A stretch of DNA of 64,000 nt, from positions 7,312 to 71,311 of the forward strand of contig PLDN01000108.1 in the NCBI GenBank assembly GCA_003136185.1, read 5' to 3'. This DNA comes from Acidimicrobiaceae bacterium (GTDB taxonomy: Bacteria; Actinomycetota; Acidimicrobiia; Acidimicrobiales; Bog-793). Made by a program: the position numbers and the translations under genes. Under the pieces are notes generated by a model. That model was not told the DNA's origin. It worked only from the letters and a program-made list of their open reading frames with translations, and searched no databases. Every line of letters begins with the position of its first letter. Position 1 is the first letter of the stretch. Positions 52,671-61,509 of this stretch are shown in pieces.

Positions 52671-53315
52671 TCAGAAAGGCGCCAGGTCGACTTGGCCGGG
52701 CGAGTCCGTACGGCCGGCGACCCACGCCAAGAACGTCGCCCTTTGCGACGGGTCCTCCATCCGGCCGGGGAGCGCCGCGAGCGCGTCCGCCAACGCGAGA
52801 GAGACGAACTCGGCCGGCCAGTCGGCAGGCTCGTATCCGAGCCCGAGGTCGACGTGGTGGAGCTCCACCTCCCGCATACGACGGGCCGGCAGGTTCTCGC
52901 AGCTCACCGCCTCACCGCTCATGGTCGCCCAGGTCGCCGACCACGCGGGAGGGCCTGCGTCGCTGAACGCCGAGTCGAGACGACGAGAGGCTGACCGGAC
53001 ATCGTTGACGATCGCCGCAGCCGACCGCGTCGCTCCTGTGTCTATCTCTCCCGTGCGTTGCGCGGCACCGCCCGGGTATTGCGCGACCTGTTGGTTCTCG
53101 CCAGCCGCTTCGAGGATCCGCACGAAGGAGTCCGCGTTGCGGGCGAGATGGGTGAGGACGTGGCCGATAGTCCAACCCGGCAACCGGCTGGGACGTTTGA
53201 CCACGACGTCGTCGATCGCTTCGAGGCGGGAGTAGAGGCGTTCGTGTGAGGCTCGGCAGGACGCGAGCTGGCCTGTTGGAGGTCCGGCTGTAGCCGCCAG
53301 CGCTTCGTCGGTCAT
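52671..53315 (-). CDS. DinB-fold, mycothiol-dependent maleylpyruvate isomerase-family protein
   Basis: From ATG 53315: ...LPGWTIGHVLTHLARNADSF..., ...RMREVELHHVDLGLGYEPADWPAEF..., the typical N-terminal metal-binding and C-terminal patterns of this actinobacterial family. Confidence 0.75.
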   Translation of the reverse strand: MTDEALAATAGPPTGQLASCRASHERLYSRLEAIDDVVVKRPSRLPGWTIGHVLTHLARNADSFVRILEAAGENQQVAQYPGGAAQRTGEIDTGATRSAAAIVNDVRSASRRLDSAFSDAGPPAWSATWATMSGEAVSCENLPARRMREVELHHVDLGLGYEPADWPAEFVSLALADALAALPGRMEDPSQRATFLAWVAGRTDSPGQVDLAPF

Positions 53316-53374
53316 CGCATAGAGCTTCGCACGCGGCCAGCGGACGGCGGACTGATCATGTCCGGGCCGCCTGC

Positions 53375-54499
53375 TCAGGCGATCTCGAGCATCGCCTCGA
53401 GAGCCACCCTCGCATGCGATGCGATCTCGTGATCGACCGTGATGCGGTTGCGCACCACCCCGTCGACCAGGCCCTCGAGGACCCAGGCAAGGTGGGGCAG
53501 GTCGATGCGGGACATAGTGGAGCACGGGCAGACGAGCGGGTCGAGCGACAAGACCGTCCTATCGGCGTGTGCCCGAGCCAAGCGGTCCACCAGGTGGATC
53601 TCGGTCGCGACGGCGATGACCGACCCAGGGCCGGCCTCGGCGACCGCCTTTATTATGAAGTCCGTCGACCCGACCTCGTCTGCGAGCTCCACCACTTCGT
53701 GGGAACACTCCGGATGGGCGATCACGATCCCGTTCGAGTGCTCACTCCGAAAGGTCTCTACGTGAGCCGTGGAGAAACGCTGATGCACCGAACAGTGCCC
53801 CTTCCACAAAAGGAACGTCGACTCCTTGATCACCCTCTCCTCGAGACCCCCGAGCGCAAAGCGAGGATTGACGACCGCCATGTCGGCAGCACCGAAGCCG
53901 AGCTGGAAGCCCGTATTACGACCGAGGTGCTGGTCGGGGAAGAAGAGCACCTTGTCGCCGCGACCGCCCGGGACTTCGCTCGCGCCGTCGAGCCCAAGTG
54001 CCCAGCGCAGGATCGCCCGCGCGTTGGACGACGTGCACACAGCTCCTCCGTGCCGCCCGACGAAGGCCTTCAGGCCAGCGGAGGAGTTCATGTAGGTGAT
54101 CGGCACGACACGGTCGGTGTCCGTCACCGCCGAGAGCTCGGACCAGACCTGTTCCACCTGCTCCTCGTCGGCCATGTCCGCCATCGAGCAGCCGGCGTTC
54201 AAGTCAGGAAGTACCACCTGCTGGTGGTCGGCCGTCAGTATGTCGGCCGACTCAGCCATGAAATGGACTCCGCAGAAGACCACAAACTCGGCCTCGTCTT
54301 GGTCGGCGGCGTAGCGGGAGAGCCCGAAGGAGTCTCCGCGGGCATCTGCGAGCTGGATGACCTCTTCCCGCTGGTAATGGTGGCCGAGAATGACGACGCG
54401 GCTCGATAGGCGCTGTTTCGCGGCAGTCACTCGAGCGGCCAGCTCGTCTGACGGCGCCCGTGAGTATTCGTCAGGCAGCCGTGTCTGGAGGCGGATCAT
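53375..54499 (-). CDS. nadA: Quinolinate synthase
   Basis: VILGHHYQREEVIQLAD, FCGVHFMAESADIL, MNSSAGLKAF, WKGHCSVH, IAHPEC, LVCPCSTM (Fe-S Cys ligands). Confidence 0.92.
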   Translation of the reverse strand: MIRLQTRLPDEYSRAPSDELAARVTAAKQRLSSRVVILGHHYQREEVIQLADARGDSFGLSRYAADQDEAEFVVFCGVHFMAESADILTADHQQVVLPDLNAGCSMADMADEEQVEQVWSELSAVTDTDRVVPITYMNSSAGLKAFVGRHGGAVCTSSNARAILRWALGLDGASEVPGGRGDKVLFFPDQHLGRNTGFQLGFGAADMAVVNPRFALGGLEERVIKESTFLLWKGHCSVHQRFSTAHVETFRSEHSNGIVIAHPECSHEVVELADEVGSTDFIIKAVAEAGPGSVIAVATEIHLVDRLARAHADRTVLSLDPLVCPCSTMSRIDLPHLAWVLEGLVDGVVRNRITVDHEIASHARVALEAMLEIA

Positions 54500-54530
54500 G
54501 GGGGAACCCCTTATGTACGCCTCGCTAACG

Positions 54531-54609
54531 GCCGGCGGGGACAGCCTGGTCGCCCATCCGCGGGTTTGTCGGCCACGAAGCGGGATGTCCGCCGGGGTAC
54601 CAGGCCGGC
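54531..54609 (-). promoter_or_regulatory. Long-range inverted repeat with nested hairpin in the nadA 5' leader
   Basis: On the nadA-sense RNA, GCCGG-CCUGGU (from 54609) can pair with ACCAGG-[CUGUCCCCG bulge]-CCGGC (to 54531). This encloses CAUCC(C)GC-loop-GCGGAUG. C-rich unpaired tracts are ACCCCGG and UGUCCCCG. The AAGGGG Shine-Dalgarno lies about 25 nt further 3'. Confidence 0.35.
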
Positions 54610-54624
54610 GTAGCCTCCACTGTA

Positions 54625-56583
54625 GTGCTCGAACGCCCTAAAGCCATACCCGACGCGCCTGGGTCGTACCAGTTCAAGGACGCCGACGGCCGCGTCATCT
54701 ACGTGGGCAAGGCGAGGTCGCTCCGCAGCCGCTTATCCAACTACTTCGCCGACCCGCGGACGTTGCATCCCCGGACGGCGCAGATGATGGAGCGGGCGGC
54801 GTCGGTGGAGTGGATCGTGGTCCAGAACGACGTCGAAGCGCTGATGCTCGAGTTCAGCCTCATCAAGACCCACCGCCCCCGCTTCAACGTTCGCCTCGTC
54901 GACGACAAGAGCTTCCCCTACCTCGCAGTCACGGTCGGGGAGGAGTGGCCAAGGGCACTGGTTATGCGCGGTGCCAAGCGCAAGGACACGCGCTATTTCG
55001 GGCCGTACGCCCACGCCTACGCCATCCGGGAGACGCTCGATCTCCTGTTGCGGTCGTTCCCGATCCGGACCTGCTCGGACGCCAAGATGCGGCGGCACGA
55101 GCTGCTCGGGAAACCCTGCTTGATGTACCACATCGAGCGATGCGCAGCTCCGTGCGTCGGCGCCGTCGAACGTGAGCGGTACATGGAGTTGGTGGGGGAG
55201 TTGATGGCGTTTCTCGAGGGGGACACCAAGCCCATCGTGAGTCGCCTCGAGGAGGCAATGCGAGCGGCGGCCTCGGAGCTCGAATTCGAGCGGGCCGCTC
55301 GGCTGCGGGACCGACTGGCCTCGGTCCGGCTCGCAATAGAGCGGCAGCAAATGGTGACCGATACCCCCGAGAACCTGGACGTCATCGGGATCGCGGAGGA
55401 CGAGCTCGTCGCAGCCGTCCAGGTCCTGCACATAAGGCGCGGCCGGGTCGTCGGGCGACACGGATTCGTCCTCGAAAAGGTCGAACCCCTGACCGAGCAG
55501 CAGCTGATTGCCCGCGTCCTCGAGCAGCACTACGCCGAGACGCCGATCGGGATCCCGAAGACGCTCCTCGTCCCGGTGATACCCGAAGAGGCCGAGGTTT
55601 ACGAGGAGTGGCTGATGCGTACGCGCAGCGGACCCGTCGAGATCCGCGTGCCCCAGCGTGGTCGCAAGAGGGAGCTTCTCGAGATGGCGCGCCAGAACGC
55701 CGCCGAGCAGCTGAATCGCCACCGGCTCAAGCGTTCGTCCGACCTGACGAGCCGCGCCGTAGCTATCGAGCAGCTCCAACATGTGCTCGGGTTGAAGGAG
55801 GCGCCTTTGCGGATCGAGTGCTACGACATGAGCCATCTGCAGGGCTCCGATTACGTCGGGTCCATGGTGGTCCTCGAGGACGGGCTGCCCAAGCGCTCCG
55901 ACTACAGGCGATTCAAGGTGTCCGCCGTGCAGGGAAACGATGATTACGGCGCCATGTACGAGGTGCTCTCACGCAGGCTCCGTCACCTGATCGTGGTCGA
56001 CGGGGATGCCGAAGAGCCGGGGGACGCGGCCCAGCAGGACGCCGCAGCCCAGCCGGACGACCTCGACGCGATTGGGCGACGCCGTAGACGTGCGTCGCGT
56101 TTTGCATACCCTCCCCAGCTGCTCCTGATCGACGGCGGCAAGGGCCAGCTCCATGTCGCCGTCAACGTGCTGGAAGAGTTGGGATTGACCGAGACCGTCG
56201 CGGTCGCATCGCTCGCGAAACGTCTCGAGGAGGTCTTCGTACCGGGGCGCCCCGAGCCGATCGTCATCCCGCGGGACTCCGAGGCGATCTACCTGCTGCA
56301 ACAAGCCCGCGACGAGGCACACCGATTCGCGATCAGCTTTCACCGCGAGCTTCGCGGGAAGAGGATGACACGCTCAGTTCTCGAAGGTGTGCCCGGCCTC
56401 GGGCCGGCGAGGCGCAAGCGTCTCGTGCGCGAGATGGGCAGTGTGAAAGCCGTGCAAGCCGCCACGCCCGAGCAGCTGCGAGCGCTCCCGTGGCTGCCTG
56501 GCAAGGTCGCGGACGCGGTCTACGACCATCTGCACTCGAGCCGCCGTCGCCGCGCGCCGGCTTCGGAGAGCGCAGCGTCGTGA
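54625..56583 (+). CDS. uvrC: Excinuclease ABC subunit C
   Basis: GIY-YIG domain PGSYQFKDADGRVIYVGKARSLRSRLSNYF, UVR domain ELEFERAARLRDRL, RNase H-like endonuclease domain IECYDMSHLQG, and a C-terminal (HhH)2. Confidence 0.93.
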   Translation: MLERPKAIPDAPGSYQFKDADGRVIYVGKARSLRSRLSNYFADPRTLHPRTAQMMERAASVEWIVVQNDVEALMLEFSLIKTHRPRFNVRLVDDKSFPYLAVTVGEEWPRALVMRGAKRKDTRYFGPYAHAYAIRETLDLLLRSFPIRTCSDAKMRRHELLGKPCLMYHIERCAAPCVGAVERERYMELVGELMAFLEGDTKPIVSRLEEAMRAAASELEFERAARLRDRLASVRLAIERQQMVTDTPENLDVIGIAEDELVAAVQVLHIRRGRVVGRHGFVLEKVEPLTEQQLIARVLEQHYAETPIGIPKTLLVPVIPEEAEVYEEWLMRTRSGPVEIRVPQRGRKRELLEMARQNAAEQLNRHRLKRSSDLTSRAVAIEQLQHVLGLKEAPLRIECYDMSHLQGSDYVGSMVVLEDGLPKRSDYRRFKVSAVQGNDDYGAMYEVLSRRLRHLIVVDGDAEEPGDAAQQDAAAQPDDLDAIGRRRRRASRFAYPPQLLLIDGGKGQLHVAVNVLEELGLTETVAVASLAKRLEEVFVPGRPEPIVIPRDSEAIYLLQQARDEAHRFAISFHRELRGKRMTRSVLEGVPGLGPARRKRLVREMGSVKAVQAATPEQLRALPWLPGKVADAVYDHLHSSRRRRAPASESAAS

Positions 56584-57365
56584 CCGGCGTGGAGAGCTCG
56601 AAGAGCGACTCGGAGCCGCCGGCGACCGACTGGGACGAGCTGGCGCCGTGGTGGCGTGCGACGTTCTCCAACGGCGCAGATCTCGAGTACGAGATGCAGA
56701 TCCTGCCGCTTGCTGCGGCCCACCTCCTTGGGTGCGACCGGATCCTCGATCTCGGAACAGGTGAGGGTCAACTCGCGAGGCGCCTTGTCGCCAACGTTCC
56801 CGAGCCCGGGCTCGTCACCGGAATCGACCCCTACTCCGGACAGCTCGCGAATGCCCTCGAGCAGGGCGGCGGCCCGGTGTACGTCCAGGCACGGGGGGAG
56901 CGTCTCCCCTTCAAGAGCGGATCCTTCGACGGAGTCGTGTGCTGTCTCGTGATCGAGCACGCCGACGAGCCCGATCAGGTGCTGGCCGAGATGGCGCGGG
57001 TGCTCGCTCAGGGCGGCCGCCTCCTCTTGCTCATCAATCACCCGGTCGTACAGGGTCCTGGAAGCGGCTTCGTCGACGACCGCGTGCTCGACGAGAGGTA
57101 TTGGCGGATCGGGCCTTACCTTACCGAGCAGGTCGTCATCGAGGAAGTGGACCCGGGCGTGCCAGTCCGCTTCGCGCACCGGCCCCTGTCGGGCTACATC
57201 AATCCGCTCTGTGAGGCCGGACTCGTGCTCACACGCCTGGAGGAGCCGGAGCCACCTCTCGAGTTCCTGAGCGACTCGTTCGACCTCTCGCTCGAGCGCG
57301 CCATGCCGCGCCTTTGCCTCATGTGCTTCGAACACCGCGCCGGGCCTTTGCCGGTGGGAGAATGA
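56580..57365 (+). CDS. Class I SAM-dependent methyltransferase
   Basis: GTG overlaps the uvrC stop (GTGA). Motif I ILDLGTGEGQLARRL and post-I/II GSFDGVVCCLVIEHADEPDQVLAEMARVLAQGGRLLL. Confidence 0.8.
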   Translation: MTGVESSKSDSEPPATDWDELAPWWRATFSNGADLEYEMQILPLAAAHLLGCDRILDLGTGEGQLARRLVANVPEPGLVTGIDPYSGQLANALEQGGGPVYVQARGERLPFKSGSFDGVVCCLVIEHADEPDQVLAEMARVLAQGGRLLLLINHPVVQGPGSGFVDDRVLDERYWRIGPYLTEQVVIEEVDPGVPVRFAHRPLSGYINPLCEAGLVLTRLEEPEPPLEFLSDSFDLSLERAMPRLCLMCFEHRAGPLPVGE

Positions 57366-57372
57366 TCTGACC

Positions 57373-58230
57373 ATGGCGGAATACCTCTTCCTGATCGGGA
57401 TGTCCGGCGCAGGGCGCTCGACCGCTGCCGCGACGCTCGAGGATCGCGACTGGTTCGTGATCGACAATCTTCCTCCCTCGCTGCTCGGGAAGGTTGCAGA
57501 GCTCGCCAACCAGCCCGGATCGGAGTACGAGCGCCTGTGCCTCGTGGCTGGACGGGGTGGTTACGAGGGCATCGCGGACCTCCCGATCGCGATCGCGTCG
57601 CTGCGTGCGTCGGGCGCGCGGGTCCGGGTGCTCTATCTCGAAGCTCCCGACGAAGTGCTGGTGCGTCGCTACGAAGGCACGCGACGTCGGCATCCGATCG
57701 AGACCGAGAGTGGCACCCTCGACGCAGTACGCCACGAGCGGCAACTTCTCTCAGAGCTTCGCGGCGACGCCGATCTCGTCCTCGACACCGGCGAGCTCAA
57801 TGTGCACGAGCTGCGCGATCACATCATCGAGCTCGTCGAGGATGCGCAACCGGGCTCGGCTATGGAGACGACGGTGGTCTCGTTCGGATTCAAGCATGGG
57901 TTGCCGTTGGACGTGGATCTCGTGTTCGACTGCCGTTTCTTGCCGAATCCGCATTGGATCCCCGAGCTCCGCCCTATGACCGGTCTCGACGACAAGGTCC
58001 GGGAGTACGTCATGGCAGCGCCCGAGGCCCACCAACTGCTCGATCGTCTCGAGAGCTTGTTCGAGCTGCTCCTGCCCGCCTATGCGCGCGAAGGGAAGTC
58101 CTACCTCTCGGTCGCGATCGGCTGCACCGGCGGCCACCACCGTTCGGTCGTTCTGGCCGAGGAGATCGGCGAGATGATGCGCCGCCACGGTTACGCGCCC
58201 TCGGTCCACCATCGGGACATCAACCGATGA
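57373..58230 (+). CDS. rapZ: RNase adapter protein RapZ (P-loop NTPase, YvcJ family)
   Basis: LIGMSGAGRSTAAATLED, DNLPPSLL, FDCRFLPNPHW, AIGCTGGHHRSV. Confidence 0.92.
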   Translation: MAEYLFLIGMSGAGRSTAAATLEDRDWFVIDNLPPSLLGKVAELANQPGSEYERLCLVAGRGGYEGIADLPIAIASLRASGARVRVLYLEAPDEVLVRRYEGTRRRHPIETESGTLDAVRHERQLLSELRGDADLVLDTGELNVHELRDHIIELVEDAQPGSAMETTVVSFGFKHGLPLDVDLVFDCRFLPNPHWIPELRPMTGLDDKVREYVMAAPEAHQLLDRLESLFELLLPAYAREGKSYLSVAIGCTGGHHRSVVLAEEIGEMMRRHGYAPSVHHRDINR

Positions 58231-59141
58231 GTGAGGTGGGCCCTTCCTCGGGGCCGCGAGTCGTCGCGATCGGTGGCGGCCATGGCGCTGCTCAGACGCT
58301 GCGCTCTGCCCGGCGTTACGCGGGAGAGATCACCGCCATCATTTCAGTGGCGGACGATGGCGGATCGAGTGGCCGGCTCCGAGAGACGCTTGGCATCCCG
58401 GCTCCTGGAGACCTGCGGCGCTGCATCGGCGCGCTTTTGCCGGACGGGTCTCCGTTCGGTGAGGTGCTCGAGTACCGCTTCGACTCCGGCGAGCTCGAGG
58501 GTCACGCTTTCGGCAACCTCCTCATCGCATCGCTCGCGTCCGCCATCGGCGACTTCGCAGCTGGCGTAGCGGAGGTGACCCGTTTGCTAGGAGCGCTAGG
58601 CCGGGTCTTTCCGGCAACGACGGTCCCGGTCGTCCTCAAAGGCACTGGCGAGGGTGGGGAGATCTCCGGGCAGGTCCGCATCCAAAAGCGGGGTGGTGTG
58701 TCTCGCATCGAGCTCGTGCCTCCGGACGCCGAGCCGCCTCCGGCCGCCGTCGAGGCACTTCTCCAGGCGGACCAGATCGTCATCGGCCCAGGCTCGCTCT
58801 ACACCAGCTTGCTGGCGGCAGCGACAGTGCCGGCTCTTCGCGAGGCCATTGCCAAGAGCCCTGCGCAGCGCGTCTACGTCGCGAACCTCCGAGAACAGCT
58901 GCCGGAGACGAGCGGCTACGACGTGGCTGATCACGTCCAAGCGCTGCTCGATCACGGGCTCGTGGTCGACGTCGTCCTTGCAGACCGATCCGCCCTCGTG
59001 CTCGGTGATGTGCCAGGTGGGGTCGCTGTCGAGCTCGCCGAGCTCTCGGGGCCGAAGCTCGTCGCGCACGATCCAGAGCTCCTCGGCACCGCCCTCTCGG
59101 GGTTGGTTCTTGCGGGAGTGGGTTGTACTGGGGAAAAGTGA
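58227..59141 (+). CDS. yvcK: YvcK/CuvA-family (CofD-like) gluconeogenesis/cell-shape factor
   Basis: ATGA overlap with the rapZ stop. RVVAIGGGHGAAQTLRSARRY, SVADDGGSSGRLR, GHAFGNLLIA, IGPGSLYTSLL. Confidence 0.9.
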   Translation: MSEVGPSSGPRVVAIGGGHGAAQTLRSARRYAGEITAIISVADDGGSSGRLRETLGIPAPGDLRRCIGALLPDGSPFGEVLEYRFDSGELEGHAFGNLLIASLASAIGDFAAGVAEVTRLLGALGRVFPATTVPVVLKGTGEGGEISGQVRIQKRGGVSRIELVPPDAEPPPAAVEALLQADQIVIGPGSLYTSLLAAATVPALREAIAKSPAQRVYVANLREQLPETSGYDVADHVQALLDHGLVVDVVLADRSALVLGDVPGGVAVELAELSGPKLVAHDPELLGTALSGLVLAGVGCTGEK

Positions 59142-59202
59142 CAGGGCTCGAGTTGCAACAGGGCGCCTACCCTCGCGCATCGGGGCGTGACGCAGAAGAA
59201 GG

Positions 59203-60261
59203 GTGAAGATGGCCGTTCGTATCGGAATCAACGGATTTGGCAGGATCGGACGTAACTTTCTCCGCGCACTTCTCGAACGAGACGCCGAGGAGGCTCGTAG
59301 CGGCGTCGCCGGGCCGTTGCCGATCGAGCTCGTGGCCGTAAACGACATCGCGCCGCGCGATTCGAACGCCCACCTCTTGAAATATGACTCGACCCACGGG
59401 CGCCTGCGCGATCCCGTCGTGTTGACCACATCCGGACTCCGAGTCGGCGAGCGGGAGATCGCCGTGCTGTCGGAGACAGACCCGAAGGCACTCCCGTGGG
59501 GCGATCTCGGCGTCGACGTGGTGATCGAGTCAACAGGCCGATTCACGGGCCGTTCGGCGGCCATGGCACATGTCGAGGCTGGTGCCCGGCGGGTGATCAT
59601 CTCGGCTTACGCGAAGGACGCCGACGCGACATTCGTCGTCGGCGTGAACGACGACGAGTTCGAGCCTGACAGTCACATCATCGTCTCGAACGCCTCGTGT
59701 ACCACGAACTGCCTCGTCCCGATGGTGAAGGTCCTGGAGGATGCGTTCGGCTTGCGGCAGGGGATCATGACGACTGTTCACGCCTACACGAACGACCAGG
59801 AGCTCCTCGACCTCGGCCGGGACAACCTGCGTCGGTCGCGGGCTGCGGCGGTCAACATCGTGCCCTCATCGACTGGTGCGGCACGAGCCACGAGCCTCGT
59901 GCTCGGGCAGATGGCGGGGCGGCTCGACGGTCTGGCGCTGCGGGTGCCAGTCGTCGACGGGTCGATCACGGACCTGACGGCGGTGCTCAGTGACGGCGTG
60001 ACAGTCGCTGACGTCAATGCAGCGTTCCGTCGGGCCTCGGAGTCCGGGCCGCTCTCGAAGGTTCTCGACTACAACGAGGCCCAGATCGTGTCGAGTGACA
60101 TCGTCGGCACCTCCGCCTCTTGCACCTTCGACGCGACGCTCACGGTAGCGATCCCGATCGACGACGACACGACCCTCGTGAAAGTGATGGGCTGGTACGA
60201 CAACGAGTGGGGCTACTCCTACCGGTTGATCGACCTGGCCATGATCATCGGAGGGGCGTGA
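59203..60261 (+). CDS. gap: Glyceraldehyde-3-phosphate dehydrogenase (type I)
   Basis: IGINGFGRIGRNFLR, SNASCTTNCLVPM, WYDNEWGYSYR. The start is ATG 59203 or 59209. Confidence 0.95.
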   Translation: MKMAVRIGINGFGRIGRNFLRALLERDAEEARSGVAGPLPIELVAVNDIAPRDSNAHLLKYDSTHGRLRDPVVLTTSGLRVGEREIAVLSETDPKALPWGDLGVDVVIESTGRFTGRSAAMAHVEAGARRVIISAYAKDADATFVVGVNDDEFEPDSHIIVSNASCTTNCLVPMVKVLEDAFGLRQGIMTTVHAYTNDQELLDLGRDNLRRSRAAAVNIVPSSTGAARATSLVLGQMAGRLDGLALRVPVVDGSITDLTAVLSDGVTVADVNAAFRRASESGPLSKVLDYNEAQIVSSDIVGTSASCTFDATLTVAIPIDDDTTLVKVMGWYDNEWGYSYRLIDLAMIIGGA

Positions 60262-61493
60262 GCGGCGAACAAGCCGCGGTCGGCTCGCTTCCGGTCCTCG
60301 AAGATCTCGGGGACGTCGCGGGCAAACGAGTGCTCGTCAGGCTCGACCTGAACGTTCCGCTCGCGGAAGGATCCGACGGTAAGCGAGTTGTCTCGGACGA
60401 CTTCCGCATCCGGGCAGCCTTGCCTACCCTTCAGTACCTGGCCGCCGGTGGTGCGTCGGTGACCGTCGCTACACACCTCGGGCGCCCGAAGGGGTCCGTC
60501 GACCCTCGGTGGGCGGTGGAGCCGGTGGTTGAGCGGCTGGCGGAGATGGGGGCGCGGGTGCGGGTGTTGGAGAACCTGCGTTTCTCCCCTGGGGAGGAGA
60601 ACAACTCGCCCGAGCTGGTTGCCTCGTTGGTGGAGGGTCAGGACCTGTTCGTCAACGACGCCTTCGGGGTGATGCACCGGTCCCACGCCTCGGTCGTTGG
60701 CCCACCCAACTTCTTGCCCTCGGCCGCCGGCCGGCTCGTCGAGCGAGAAATGGCGGCGATCGCGCCGTTCCTCTCCAACCCGCCGCGGCCTTTCGTCGTC
60801 GTAATCGGCGGGGCGAAGGTGAAAGACAAGCTTGGGCTCCTCGCCAGCTTGATGGAACGGGCGGACCGCGTGCTCGTCGGCGGTGGGATGGCCTTCACGT
60901 TCCTTCATGCGCTCGGCCACCCGACTGGCGACTCCATCCTCGATCGCGAGCATCTCGACGAGTGCCGCCAGCTCGTGTCGAGCTCGCCGGCGCTGCTGCT
61001 GCCGGTCGACATCGTCGGCGCCGCGCCCGGGGTCGAGCTCGCCCCCCGGCCTGCTTCTGGCGCTGACGCCGTCATCGAGGGAAGTAAGGAGGAGGTAAGG
61101 GTTTACGGCCAGGGGCTTCCCGATGGCTGGAAGGGCCTTGACATAGGACCTGCCACATCTGAGCTCTTCCGCGAGGCCATCGCCGGAGCCGGCTCGGTCT
61201 TCTGGAATGGCCCCGTCGGCGTGTTCGAGGACCCCCGTTTTGCCCGCGGTACCTTCGAGGTCGCATCGGCTGTGGCGGCCACGAGTGGGCTGACTTTTGT
61301 CGGCGGCGGTGATAGCGCGGCCGCGCTCGATCGTTTCGGGCTCGAGGGGGCCGTCGACCACATCTCGACCGGCGGCGGCGCCTCGCTCGAGCTGCTCGAG
61401 CACGGGGACCTGCCGGGTCTGGCCGCCCTTCGCGAGAACGCCCTCCGGCACGACCGCGGCGAGCTGGGCTCGCCCAACCGGGAGCGGTCGTGA
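60258..61493 (+). CDS. pgk: Phosphoglycerate kinase
   Basis: GTGA overlap with the gap stop. KRVLVRLDLNVPL, ATHLGRPKG, NLRFSPGEE, VVIGGAKVKDKL, FWNGPVGVFE, VGGGDSAAA. Confidence 0.95.
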   Translation: MSGEQAAVGSLPVLEDLGDVAGKRVLVRLDLNVPLAEGSDGKRVVSDDFRIRAALPTLQYLAAGGASVTVATHLGRPKGSVDPRWAVEPVVERLAEMGARVRVLENLRFSPGEENNSPELVASLVEGQDLFVNDAFGVMHRSHASVVGPPNFLPSAAGRLVEREMAAIAPFLSNPPRPFVVVIGGAKVKDKLGLLASLMERADRVLVGGGMAFTFLHALGHPTGDSILDREHLDECRQLVSSSPALLLPVDIVGAAPGVELAPRPASGADAVIEGSKEEVRVYGQGLPDGWKGLDIGPATSELFREAIAGAGSVFWNGPVGVFEDPRFARGTFEVASAVAATSGLTFVGGGDSAAALDRFGLEGAVDHISTGGGASLELLEHGDLPGLAALRENALRHDRGELGSPNRERS

Positions 61494-61509
61494 GCAACCG
61501 AGTGCAGTC

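Noticed and set aside
54500-54624. Calling the nadA leader a bona fide NAD+-I (nadA motif) riboswitch
   Set aside because: The known motif has two tandem domains. Here the helices are nested, and I cannot reproduce the consensus from memory with confidence. It is kept only as a structured-leader observation, to be tested with a covariance model.
57537-58226. N-terminal 230 codons of ORF 57537-59141
   Set aside because: They overlap rapZ in another frame. The YvcK family N-terminus (RVVAIGGGHG) follows ATG 58227, which is coupled to the rapZ stop.
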